From Gammaproteobacteria bacterium (GTDB lineage Bacteria; Pseudomonadota; Gammaproteobacteria; Pseudomonadales; Azotimanducaceae), in NCBI GenBank assembly GCA_002715785.1, contig PBAA01000048.1, positions 1-37,351 on the forward strand: a stretch of 37,351 nt of DNA, in the 5' to 3' direction. This document shows positions 1-8,763 of the stretch, one piece after another (position 1 is the stretch's first letter; every line of letters starts with the position of its first letter). The position numbers were made by a program, and so were the translations under genes. The notes beneath the pieces were generated by a model, which had not been told where the DNA came from, ran no database searches, and was given only the letters and a program-made list of their open reading frames with translations.

Positions 1-567
1 CTCCGTCGAGGTGGTATCGAAAACATTACCGAAACGGGGGTGAAGACTAAACAGGGATCCTACGAGTTCGATGCCTTGGTATACGCGACAGGATTCGATG
101 CCATGACCGGGGCATTGTTGAAAGTCGAAATCAAAGGTCGAAAAGGAACGCGTCTTGCCGACGTTTGGGAAGCAGGCCCTCGAAGCTTTTTGGGACTGCA
201 GATCCATGGGTTTCCGAATATGTTCACGATCACGGGACCTGGAAGTCCGTCGGTACTAAGCAATATGCTCGTCTCTATCGAGCAGCATGTCGATTGGATT
301 AGCGATTGCATCGCGCATATGGATCGACGCCAGCTTCGTTCCATTGAACCTACGGCCGAAGCTGAGCAAAGTTGGATAGAGCACGTCAATGAAGTCGCCA
401 AAGGTACGATGTTTACGGCTCCAAGTTGTAATTCGTGGTACTTGGGCGCAAATATTCCAGGCAAGCCTAGAATATTCATGCCCTACGTCGGCGGCGTCGG
501 CGCCTATCGGAAAAAATGCGACGAGATTGCATCGAGCAACTACGCTGGATTCGTTCTATCTTCCTAG
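1..567 (+). CDS. Baeyer-Villiger-type flavin monooxygenase, C-terminal part (5' end outside the window)
   Basis: Frame 1 is open from nt 1 (LRRGGIENITETG precedes the listed GTG at 40), so the gene is cut by the window edge. Motifs YATGFDAMTG, GFPNMF..GPGSPS and CNSWYLGANIPGKPRIFMPYVGG fit cyclohexanone-monooxygenase-like BVMOs as I remember the family. Confidence 0.8.
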   Translation, partial: LRRGGIENITETGVKTKQGSYEFDALVYATGFDAMTGALLKVEIKGRKGTRLADVWEAGPRSFLGLQIHGFPNMFTITGPGSPSVLSNMLVSIEQHVDWISDCIAHMDRRQLRSIEPTAEAEQSWIEHVNEVAKGTMFTAPSCNSWYLGANIPGKPRIFMPYVGGVGAYRKKCDEIASSNYAGFVLSS

Positions 568-628
568 CTAGGCAGATGACGTCGAACCGCGAAAGATTAC
601 TCGTTGTGCGAAACCTTGCAGGCACGCG

Positions 629-2104
629 CTAGCGGCTGGCGTTCTCCCAATAACTGTGGGTGCCGACGCATATGCGTTCTGGCAACTTAATTGAGGCAAT
701 AGGACCGCTTGGTAGGTCGTCGGCTTTAAATACCAAGCAGCTCGAGGAATCTTCGTTCATATCTGAAATGAGCGTGACGACATATCCACCGTCCTCACGA
801 TCTATTGTACGCGCTGGTATAACGGGGCTTTCGCTCGCGTAGACGCCTGGTCGAAATTCGTAGCCTTGCCGTTCACCCGTTTTCACGTTGAGCCGAGTGA
901 TCCCATTGAACAGAAACCATCCTGGTTTCGTCGTCATCTCCCAAACATACTGGTATGGCTTACCCGCGACATCCGGATTAATCATTCCAAATTCCGAAAT
1001 CGTATCGTCGAGCGGTTGTTCGGAGACGGAACCGGTTTGCATGTTGAACCGCCACCGATAGGCACGCGCCCCGACGGAATGAATGTCCAACATTCGATAT
1101 GGGATCAGGTTTTCAGGTAAGTCGACGCTGACAGCTTTGGACGGGTCCTGGGCGTATCCGTCGAGTATCACTTCGTCGCCTTCCTCGTATGCGTTGATCC
1201 AGTGCAATACGTACGTTGGTTCAGCTTCGAACCAACGGATATCACTTACCTGGCCTCGTCGAGGAATGACTGCGAAGCGACTGGGTATATCTCGGAAAAA
1301 ACGAACAGCGTGTGCGCCGTGAATGAGAGCTTCAGGGTCCCAGAAAAGTGGCAGGTCGTTGAGGATTGCATAGTTTTCTGTGAACGCCATGTCGTGTGGC
1401 AGTCGGGGTCCGGGCAACTCGATGGGAACGTAATGCACAAGTTTTCCGTCAGAATCGACCACGCCGTAGTGCATGTATGGGTTTTGTTTTGAGTAATTGA
1501 AAAACAGCATCTCGCCCGATGATGGATCGACTTTCGTATGCGCTGAAACTCCCCACCCAGGCGTAACGTCCTTTGTCCAGTTCGCCTTACCCAATTGATG
1601 GAGCGTCTTGGGATCAAGCTCGTAGATGTCGCCACATTGGTAAAAACTGGTCGTTGCTCGACCTCGGTGGACAACCACGTCGGTGCTTGACGAGTCTTTG
1701 AGGCCCGTTCGGGCTCCCCAGCCTTGGCGCTTTGACTTCTGAGGATTTTCCATCAAGCCGGCCCAAAGCGGTGTTCCAGATTCAAGCTCGGCGTTAAATC
1801 CATCGGTACGTATATAGCGATTGCGATATTCAACGTTTCCCGAGTCGAACGAGACGGAATGCAACATGCCATCGCCATCGAATGGGTGGTAACGCCCTAT
1901 TGCTCCATGCAATGGGTTTTCGGTGTTCCTCAAATACACGCCGTTGAGGTCTAGGGGCAATTGGCCGATCACATCTAAATCGAAGGCGTCGAACTCGCGT
2001 GTGTTGGGCTTCCACGGACCGGTCCGATAGGGATGGTCATCGTCAAGTGGAAGATTGCCGTGAACTTCGTCGACCAATTGAATCTTCATTCGCTCGTGAT
2101 ACAT
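629..2104 (-). CDS. Carotenoid/stilbene cleavage oxygenase family (CCO/RPE65 fold) non-heme iron dioxygenase
   Basis: Within ORF 629..2251. HPFDGDGMLH, PHDMAFTENYAILNDLPLFWD and LHWINAYEEGDE are typical CCO/lignostilbene-dioxygenase segments. I moved the start to ATG 2104 (MYHERMKIQ). That leaves about 44 aa before LPLDLNGVYLRN, as in known members. Starts at 2251 or 2089 remain possible. Confidence 0.85.
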   Translation of the reverse strand: MYHERMKIQLVDEVHGNLPLDDDHPYRTGPWKPNTREFDAFDLDVIGQLPLDLNGVYLRNTENPLHGAIGRYHPFDGDGMLHSVSFDSGNVEYRNRYIRTDGFNAELESGTPLWAGLMENPQKSKRQGWGARTGLKDSSSTDVVVHRGRATTSFYQCGDIYELDPKTLHQLGKANWTKDVTPGWGVSAHTKVDPSSGEMLFFNYSKQNPYMHYGVVDSDGKLVHYVPIELPGPRLPHDMAFTENYAILNDLPLFWDPEALIHGAHAVRFFRDIPSRFAVIPRRGQVSDIRWFEAEPTYVLHWINAYEEGDEVILDGYAQDPSKAVSVDLPENLIPYRMLDIHSVGARAYRWRFNMQTGSVSEQPLDDTISEFGMINPDVAGKPYQYVWEMTTKPGWFLFNGITRLNVKTGERQGYEFRPGVYASESPVIPARTIDREDGGYVVTLISDMNEDSSSCLVFKADDLPSGPIASIKLPERICVGTHSYWENASR

Positions 2105-2336
2105 GGTCCGACTTCGAGCGTCAATGACCAGTTTAAGGCTCGATCCCAATTCCGTACTAACCACCTCATCGGAGTTAATGTTCCCTCTCTTATGCGACAA
2201 ATGATGAACCCCTGGAAGTGTTTCGAGTAAACGACCGAATGGGTCGAGCAAACATAGTGGAAGGCCAGTGACAGATTAGGGCGACAGGGGTACGTTTAAG
2301 AGCAAGGACGCTGTGTATTTGTTGAGGAATTTCTAT

Positions 2337-3764
2337 ATGGCGGCACGTACAGGTGCGCAATACATCGCTGGACTGCGAGACGATCGATCTATTTGGGTGA
2401 ATGGATCGCGCGTAACAGACGTTACTGACTACCCCGGTTTTGCCGGATCATTACAAGGACTCGCGGGCTATTTTGATTGGCAACACACCCACGCGATCGA
2501 ATGTCTCTCAGACGGAGAAAATATCAGTCACCAAATTCCTCGTTGTTTGGAGGATCTGTCAAGACGACACGTTGGATTGGAGCGGCTAGCCCGATATAGC
2601 GCCGGGATGTTAGGACGGACGCCGGATTATGTGAACGTCACCTTTGCCGGATTTGCCGGACAACCGAGTATATGGAAGCAGGAGGGCAATGAGGGAGGCT
2701 ATGAGAACCTCGTAGCCTTCCAGCGAGAAGCGGCCGAAGGCGACCTCGCGTTAACTCATACCATCATCCATCCGATCGTCGACAAACGCACGCGCGACTA
2801 TGAGGGTGAAAACAGATCGCTCGCACTCAATAAGGTAGATGAGACGGCTGAGTCGATCGTTGTCAGCGGTGCACGTATTCTTGCGACGTTGGGTCCGTTC
2901 GCGGACGAGCTTACCGTTTATCCGGGACATCCGATTCCTAAAGATCAACCGGAGTTAGCGCTGGCATTCTCCGTGCCGATGAACACGCCCGGGTTGAAGG
3001 TAATCTGCCGTGACCATTACGGAGTCGACCGTGACGAATTCGACCTCCCGTTTTCCAGCCGTTTTGACGAACAGGATGCATTTATCGTTTTTGACGACGT
3101 CGAAATACCGAAGCACAGAGTTTTCTGCGATGGCTTACCTGGCGTCTACAACTCGGTTATGGGGCGCGGATGGACCGGAAACATCATGCAACAAACGAGC
3201 ATCAGGGCTCAGGTCAAACTTGAATTCGCGTACGAACTGGCCACAAGGATGGCGGTAGCTACCGGTCAAAACGAACGGCCTGATATTGCTCAAATGTTGG
3301 GGGAGTTATGGAGCTATGCGGAACTTACCCGATCAGCCGTATACACCGCTGAAAGTCAGGCATTCGACTATGGTGATGGGGTTTGGTTTTGCGATGAACG
3401 ACCGTTTGTAGCATTGCGGCCGACCATGCCAGGCTGGATGGTCCGTGCGAATGAGATTCTCAAACTGATTGGATCGCACAATTTGCTCGCGACTCCGGCT
3501 GCGGCCGATTTCGATGATGAAGAACTCAAACCGATCTTGGATAAATACCTCAAAGCTGCGGACGGCATGAATGCCAAGGACCGCAGTCGGCTGTTCAGAA
3601 CTGCATGGGACTTTGTTGGGTCTGCCTTGGGCGGTCGAACCGAGCTCTATGAACGTTTTTACCTTGCTTCCTCAGCCCGCATGTACGGCGTCGCGCATGC
3701 GGTGGCACAACGTGATCGTGAATGGGAAGCGGTGCCCACATTCTGGTCCCAAGCAGATCGGTGA
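2337..3764 (+). CDS. hpaB: 4-hydroxyphenylacetate 3-monooxygenase oxygenase component family (HpaB-type two-component flavin monooxygenase)
   Basis: ATG at 2337 is preceded by GAGGA at 2323-2327, whereas the listed start at 2313 is GTG. N-terminus AQYIAGLRDDRSIWVNGSRVTDVTDYPGF, plus GRTPDYVN, VVSGARILAT, SSRFDEQDAFIVFDDVEIP and GGRTELYERFY, parallel E. coli HpaB as I recall it. Confidence 0.8.
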   Translation: MAARTGAQYIAGLRDDRSIWVNGSRVTDVTDYPGFAGSLQGLAGYFDWQHTHAIECLSDGENISHQIPRCLEDLSRRHVGLERLARYSAGMLGRTPDYVNVTFAGFAGQPSIWKQEGNEGGYENLVAFQREAAEGDLALTHTIIHPIVDKRTRDYEGENRSLALNKVDETAESIVVSGARILATLGPFADELTVYPGHPIPKDQPELALAFSVPMNTPGLKVICRDHYGVDRDEFDLPFSSRFDEQDAFIVFDDVEIPKHRVFCDGLPGVYNSVMGRGWTGNIMQQTSIRAQVKLEFAYELATRMAVATGQNERPDIAQMLGELWSYAELTRSAVYTAESQAFDYGDGVWFCDERPFVALRPTMPGWMVRANEILKLIGSHNLLATPAAADFDDEELKPILDKYLKAADGMNAKDRSRLFRTAWDFVGSALGGRTELYERFYLASSARMYGVAHAVAQRDREWEAVPTFWSQADR

Positions 3765-3785
3765 TAGTTCAAGGAAGGAAAACCT

Positions 3786-4646
3786 ATGGGTGAAATTGTG
3801 GCAGCCGCGTTGGTTTCTCACGATCCAACGATCATGTTGGATGAAGAAGTGCGTCGTGCGGGTAATGGCGGTCAGGACACCTCGCTCGTTGCCGGATTCG
3901 CCGAAATTCGGAACGAACTGAGTGCGCTGGGCGCGGACACTCTGATCATTTTTGATACCCACTGGTTCACTACGGCTGAACATATCGTTGCCGGAAGCGA
4001 TCACTATCGAGGGACGTATACTTCCGATGAATTACCGACGATTATTTCAGATTACGAATACGATTATGCCGGCGCACCGCAACTGGCAGAGGCGATCGAG
4101 CGCGCGGCGAAGACCAATCGACAGCGTGCTCGAAATGTTACCAACGAAAATATATCGCGACACTACCCGACGATTAATTTGGTTCACTATCTGCGGCTCG
4201 ACGAGAAGATACTCTCAGTAAGTGTTTGCCAGACCGCGGCGTGCCACAACTATCTTGGTTTCGGGCAGGTGATCGCCGAAGCGATTGGGCAAACAACGGG
4301 AAGGTTTGCGCTGCTCGCAAGCGGAGGTATGAGCCATTCTTTTTGGCCACTGGACGATTTTTCTCGTCATCTTGGTAAAGACCCGGATAACGTCATTTCG
4401 GAGGACGCCAGGGAATTTGATGAAAGAATTTTGGAGCTTTGGCGGGTGGGAGATCACGCTACGGTAATCGATCGTTATCCGGAGTATCTTCGCTTTCAGC
4501 CGGAAGGATTTTTTGGTCACTACCTGATGACTATAGGCGCGCTAGGTGGTCGAGATTGCACGGCTAAAGGTCGGCTTATGTCGAATTACGAAAATGCAGC
4601 TGGCACAGGACAAGCGCATGTCTGGTTTGATCTGGGTCGCGAGTAG
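3786..4646 (+). CDS. hpaD: Class III (LigB-type) extradiol dioxygenase, homoprotocatechuate 2,3-dioxygenase-like
   Basis: LIIFDTHWF, DHYRGTYTSDELP, ALLASGGMSHSF, REFDERILELWRVGD, YPEYL..PEG and AAGTGQAHVWF are colinear with E. coli HpcB/HpaD (about 283 aa) from memory. It lies 22 nt downstream of the hpaB-like gene. Confidence 0.7.
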   Translation: MGEIVAAALVSHDPTIMLDEEVRRAGNGGQDTSLVAGFAEIRNELSALGADTLIIFDTHWFTTAEHIVAGSDHYRGTYTSDELPTIISDYEYDYAGAPQLAEAIERAAKTNRQRARNVTNENISRHYPTINLVHYLRLDEKILSVSVCQTAACHNYLGFGQVIAEAIGQTTGRFALLASGGMSHSFWPLDDFSRHLGKDPDNVISEDAREFDERILELWRVGDHATVIDRYPEYLRFQPEGFFGHYLMTIGALGGRDCTAKGRLMSNYENAAGTGQAHVWFDLGRE

Positions 4647-4772
4647 TGAAGGTGATAATGAAACAAGCGTCTGCCGTGCGTTAGTTTCCATGCCTCTAGG
4701 CTGTGAACAAATAATGATGTTGGAACAATACAATCATCGAAGTCTGAGTCACCAACACGGCGGTTGATCAAG

Positions 4773-5342
4773 ATGAAGGACGAGAAAGCGACGTTGATCT
4801 CGGTATCGATTGGAATCGGTGACGACGTGGCAAAGCAAGAACGAGAACACGTCATGGCCGATCTTGAAGGCTTTGTCGACGACAAGCATCGCGGTTATAG
4901 CCGGGTCTGTTATGAAGGAGATACGGAGCCGGTAGGGACCGTGAGGAGAAACAACCGGCAATGGTCTGGGATGTCGCAAGAGGAAGTAGGGGAGATCGAG
5001 GCAGCATTGAATCTCGATCAGCGATTATTGCCTGAGGATCTTGGCGTCAACGTGTTCGTCGGAGGGATCAAAGATTTCTCTAAACTCCCGAAAGGGACCA
5101 AGCTAAGATTTCCTTCAGGAGCGGTTTTGGTTGTCGAGGATTTCAACCCGCCTTGTGCGCATATGGCCGATAAGATTGTCAGCCTTTATAAAACATGTTC
5201 AGGAAAGCCGCTTACGCGTCGACAGGTTCTGATTGAGGCAAAACGGAAGCGCGGGGTGGTGGGGGTGGTGGATGTGCCCGGAAATATCTGTAGCGGAGAT
5301 TTGATTGACGTGAAACGGTACAAATCGCCAAAGCTTGGATAG
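4773..5342 (+). CDS. MOSC-domain protein (beta-barrel, molybdenum-cofactor sulfurase C-terminal-like)
   Basis: The pattern GFVDDKHRG ... LGVNVFVGG ... LPKGTKLRF.SGAVLVVEDFNPPCAHM fits the MOSC domain layout (G..gD.H, geN..v.G, PC..m). I prefer the ATG at 4773 over the listed TTG at 4764. Confidence 0.55.
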   Translation: MKDEKATLISVSIGIGDDVAKQEREHVMADLEGFVDDKHRGYSRVCYEGDTEPVGTVRRNNRQWSGMSQEEVGEIEAALNLDQRLLPEDLGVNVFVGGIKDFSKLPKGTKLRFPSGAVLVVEDFNPPCAHMADKIVSLYKTCSGKPLTRRQVLIEAKRKRGVVGVVDVPGNICSGDLIDVKRYKSPKLG

Positions 5343-5344
5343 AG

Positions 5345-5884
5345 TTGTTGTTGCGACGGTTAGCTGTGAAGATCAAAACACCGGTTGTCGAAGTGCATAT
5401 TCCGATAGAGATTCGTCGGTCGCTTGTCTTGTTCGCCCTTGGTGTGCTGGCCGCGGGTTGTGAACCCAAGGATGTTAGGCCGGGATTTTGGCTTGCTGGT
5501 GAGGACGTAGCTTCACCTGTCGATGATTGGCAATTTACCGATCAAATTGACGAAATATTTATTGAAACTCGCTCTTGGTATGGCATTCCGCATTCCACCA
5601 CTATTTGGTGCGTGCACGTCGCGAATGAACTCTACATTGGGTCATACGGAGAAGAAAAAAAATACTGGGAAATCAATATTTTACGAGATAATCGTGCCAG
5701 GGTACGTATCAGAGGAAAGATCTACGACGTGACGGTAACGGGGCTGGATGACGCTACCCAACGCCATGTAGTCGATATGGCCTACCAACGAAAGTACGAT
5801 ATGGCCCAAACCTTTGGTAACGAGATTCCAACGTGGTCGTTTTATCGGGTCGAGCAGGATGGAAATGAAGAACCCTCTACATAA
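5345..5884 (+). CDS. Hypothetical protein, possible lipoprotein
   Basis: The N-terminal hydrophobic stretch ends in a lipobox-like VLAAGC. No family recognised. The start is uncertain (TTG 5345 or GTG 5366). Its 3' end overlaps the next gene by 20-26 nt. Confidence 0.45.
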   Translation: MLLRRLAVKIKTPVVEVHIPIEIRRSLVLFALGVLAAGCEPKDVRPGFWLAGEDVASPVDDWQFTDQIDEIFIETRSWYGIPHSTTIWCVHVANELYIGSYGEEKKYWEINILRDNRARVRIRGKIYDVTVTGLDDATQRHVVDMAYQRKYDMAQTFGNEIPTWSFYRVEQDGNEEPST

Positions 5885-7190
5885 CGAGATAGATCTTTCC
5901 GCGTACTGGATGCCTTTCACGGGCAACCGTGCATTTAAGAACGAGCCCCGACTCATGAAAAGCGCCCAAGGTCTTTACTACACCACCATAGATGATCGTC
6001 AAATTATGGATGGGATGTCGGGGCTCTGGTGTTGCAATGCGGGTCATTGCCATCCTCACATCGTTGAAGCCATTCGTCAGGCAGCGGGCGAGCTTGATTA
6101 TTCTCCCGCTTTCCAAATGGGGCACCCCGGAATTTTTCGCCTAGCGGAACGCTTGGCGGCCATGATGCCGAAGGGGATGGAGGCCGTTTTCTTCACTAAT
6201 TCAGGATCGGAATCCGTGGATACAGCGCTCAAGATTGCATTGGGGTATCACCATGCACGAGGAGAAGGACAACGGACGCGCTTGGTGGGGAGGCAACGCG
6301 GGTATCACGGTTCTGGATTTGGCGGGACGAGTGTCGGAGGTATCGGTAACAATCGCACGGCTGCTGGGCCCCTACTTCCCGGCGTACTTCATCTTCCGGA
6401 AACCTACAATGCCGAGCATCAGGCATTTAGCAAAGGCCAGCCTTCGTGGGGTGCACATCTTGCGAATGATCTTGAACGCATCATCGCGAGCAATCATGCG
6501 AGCACCATTGCGGCGGTCATTGTGGAACCTTTTGCCGGCTCGGGTGGGGTGTTGGTTCCGCCGGTGGGTTATCTGGAGCGACTTCGTGAAATCACTGAAG
6601 CTCACGGCGTTTTGCTCATCTTTGACGAAGTGATCACCGCCTTCGGTCGACTGGGTTGGGGTTCGGCAGCGGAGAGATTAGGCGTTGTACCTGACATCAT
6701 CTGTACCGCCAAGGGGCTCACGAGTGGCACGGTGCCGATGGGGGCTGTAGTCGTACAAGAGAAAATACGGGAAGCCTTTATGAAGGGGCCGCCGACGGCG
6801 ATCGAATTTTTTCATGGTTATACGTACTCAGGCCATCCTCTTGCCGCCGCCGCGGCGCACGCGGCATTGGATGTATATGAAAACGAAGGTTTGTTTCAGC
6901 ATGTGCTTGGACTCGAGTCGGCTTGGGAGGAGGGGTTGCACGCGTTGGCGGATAAGCCGCATGTGATCGACGTGCGTAATTTTGGCCTTGCCGGCGCCGT
7001 GGAATTACGTCCGCAAAATGACGCGCCGACTGAACGCGCGATGGCGGTATTTCGTGAGACGTTTGATCGAGGTTTGCTCGTTCGAACCACAGGAGACATT
7101 GTGGCTCTTGCACCTCCGTTGGTGATAACCGAAACGGAGATTGGTCAGATGCTGGGGATACTCGGTGACGTGTTGGATGACATCGACTAG
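5859..7190 (+). CDS. Omega-amino acid (beta-alanine)--pyruvate aminotransferase, class III PLP enzyme
   Basis: AYWMPFTGNRAFKNEPRL, LWCCNAGH, DYSPAFQMGHP, FFTNSGSES, IFDEVITAFGR, GYTYSGHPLAAAAA and VRNFGLAGAVEL are colinear with Pseudomonas beta-alanine:pyruvate transaminase as recalled. Start is at MEMKNPL (5859 or 5865). Confidence 0.85.
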   Translation: MEMKNPLHNEIDLSAYWMPFTGNRAFKNEPRLMKSAQGLYYTTIDDRQIMDGMSGLWCCNAGHCHPHIVEAIRQAAGELDYSPAFQMGHPGIFRLAERLAAMMPKGMEAVFFTNSGSESVDTALKIALGYHHARGEGQRTRLVGRQRGYHGSGFGGTSVGGIGNNRTAAGPLLPGVLHLPETYNAEHQAFSKGQPSWGAHLANDLERIIASNHASTIAAVIVEPFAGSGGVLVPPVGYLERLREITEAHGVLLIFDEVITAFGRLGWGSAAERLGVVPDIICTAKGLTSGTVPMGAVVVQEKIREAFMKGPPTAIEFFHGYTYSGHPLAAAAAHAALDVYENEGLFQHVLGLESAWEEGLHALADKPHVIDVRNFGLAGAVELRPQNDAPTERAMAVFRETFDRGLLVRTTGDIVALAPPLVITETEIGQMLGILGDVLDDID

Positions 7191-7211
7191 TTTTTGGATT
7201 CAGGAACGATA

Positions 7212-8732
7212 ATGGAAAGACACTTGGAAGCGACAGAGATCACGGGACATTTCGTTAGCGGCAAACCAGATGCTACTGGCTCGAAAAAGCTTGAGCGATT
7301 TGATCCGGCGACCGGCGAGAAAATTGGATACGTCACGCTTGCAGACGAAACGACAGTCAATGCCGCTGTTGAATCATCGATAAGTGCCTTCCAGGAATGG
7401 CGATTGGTCGAACCGGCAAAACGGGCAGTCGTTCTGAGACGTTTTTGCGACTTGGTGAGTGCCCGGGCGGACGAACTTTGTCGGCTTATTACTAGTGAAC
7501 ATGGCAAAACGCTGTTGGATTCTAAAGGCGAGCTTCAGCGCGGTATTGAGAATATCGAGTATGCCACTGGGATAGCGGAACACTTAAAGGGCGAACACAG
7601 TAAGGCGGTTGGACCGGATATCGACAGTTGGAGTGAATTGTCTCCCTTGGGTGTTGTCGTGGGCATTACGCCGTTTAATTTTCCAGTCATGGTTCCTCTT
7701 TGGATGTTCCCACTAGCCGTCGCCTGCGGAAACGCGTTTATTTTGAAACCTTCGGAGAAGGTTCCTACTGCGGGATACCGACTGGCGGAACTATTCTCGG
7801 AAGCGGGACTCCCCGATGGCGTTTTCAACGTTCTTCAAGGTGATCATGAGACCGCCGGGTGGTTGTTGAAACACCCGGATATCCAAGCAGCCAGCTTTGT
7901 TGGTTCGACGCCTGTCGCAAAGTCCATATACAAAGCTTCAGGTGAGAGTGGAAAGCGCGTTCAGGCCCTGGGCGGGGCGAAGAATCATGCTGTCGTGCTT
8001 CCCGACGCGGACATTGAATCCGCGACGAATGCGATTATGGGTGCGGCTTACGGATCGTGTGGCCAGCGCTGTATGGCCCTGTCGGTGGTGGTATCGGTGG
8101 GTGACGAGACTGCGGACGCGGTTGCTGACGTACTGACGAAGAAGGTTGCGGGATTAAATATCGGGCCGGGCATGGATGATCTCGATATGGGTCCGCTTAA
8201 CAGCGGCCCGCAGCGGGATCGAATCGTTGATTTGATCCAAGAGGGCGTGGATCAAGGGGCGACTATCCTGATCGATGGTCGAAGGCATGGTAGTTACCAA
8301 CAACCCGGCTTCTATCTTGGAGGCACGCTTTTTGACAACGTTCAACCAGGCATGTCGATTTATGATGAGGAGATATTCGGCCCCGTTCTTTGCCTAGTTC
8401 GTGTTAGGACCGCTAGTGATGCGATGCGGATAATTAATGACAGTCAGTACGGAAACGGGACCTGTATTTTTACTCGTGACGGCTATTCGGCGCGCACCTA
8501 CGCGAATGAAGTTGAGGCAGGCATGGTTGGGATTAACGTGCCCTTGCCTGTCCCAGTCGCCAATCACAGCTTTGGCGGCTGGAAAGATTCAAGATTTGGT
8601 GACCTTGCTGCCTATGGTCCGGACGGGGTGCGTTTTTACACCCGCCGCAAAACGATTACTGAACGTTGGACCTCGTCCGCGGGCGGTAGGGGTATCGATT
8701 TTGCATTTCCTGGCTCACGACCTGCCGGATAG
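7212..8732 (+). CDS. mmsA: CoA-acylating methylmalonate/malonate-semialdehyde dehydrogenase
   Basis: ATG 7212 is preceded by AGGAA (7202-7206). It has aldehyde dehydrogenase motifs (FILKPSEKVP, FVGSTPVAK, GQRCMA) and the MmsA-typical tail VPLPVPVANHSFGGWKDSRFGDL..YG.DGVRFYTRRKTITERW. Confidence 0.85.
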   Translation: MERHLEATEITGHFVSGKPDATGSKKLERFDPATGEKIGYVTLADETTVNAAVESSISAFQEWRLVEPAKRAVVLRRFCDLVSARADELCRLITSEHGKTLLDSKGELQRGIENIEYATGIAEHLKGEHSKAVGPDIDSWSELSPLGVVVGITPFNFPVMVPLWMFPLAVACGNAFILKPSEKVPTAGYRLAELFSEAGLPDGVFNVLQGDHETAGWLLKHPDIQAASFVGSTPVAKSIYKASGESGKRVQALGGAKNHAVVLPDADIESATNAIMGAAYGSCGQRCMALSVVVSVGDETADAVADVLTKKVAGLNIGPGMDDLDMGPLNSGPQRDRIVDLIQEGVDQGATILIDGRRHGSYQQPGFYLGGTLFDNVQPGMSIYDEEIFGPVLCLVRVRTASDAMRIINDSQYGNGTCIFTRDGYSARTYANEVEAGMVGINVPLPVPVANHSFGGWKDSRFGDLAAYGPDGVRFYTRRKTITERWTSSAGGRGIDFAFPGSRPAG

Positions 8733-8763
8733 AGGCAGTGAGAGCGACGGACGTAAGCGCTAA

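Noticed and set aside
4601-4615. Sigma-54-like spacing TGGCAC-N5-AAGC inside the 3' end of hpaD, about 160 nt upstream of the MOSC gene
   Set aside because: The -12 element is poor (AAGC versus TTGC). It lies inside a CDS, and no enhancer-binding protein is encoded nearby.
5655-5662. Homopolymer runs inside CDSs (A8 at 5655-5662, T8 at 13033-13040, A7 at 23278-23284, T8 near 29172) as possible phase-variation tracts
   Set aside because: The runs are short, sit in housekeeping-type metabolic genes and encode sensible Lys/Phe codons. There is no evidence of frame disruption.
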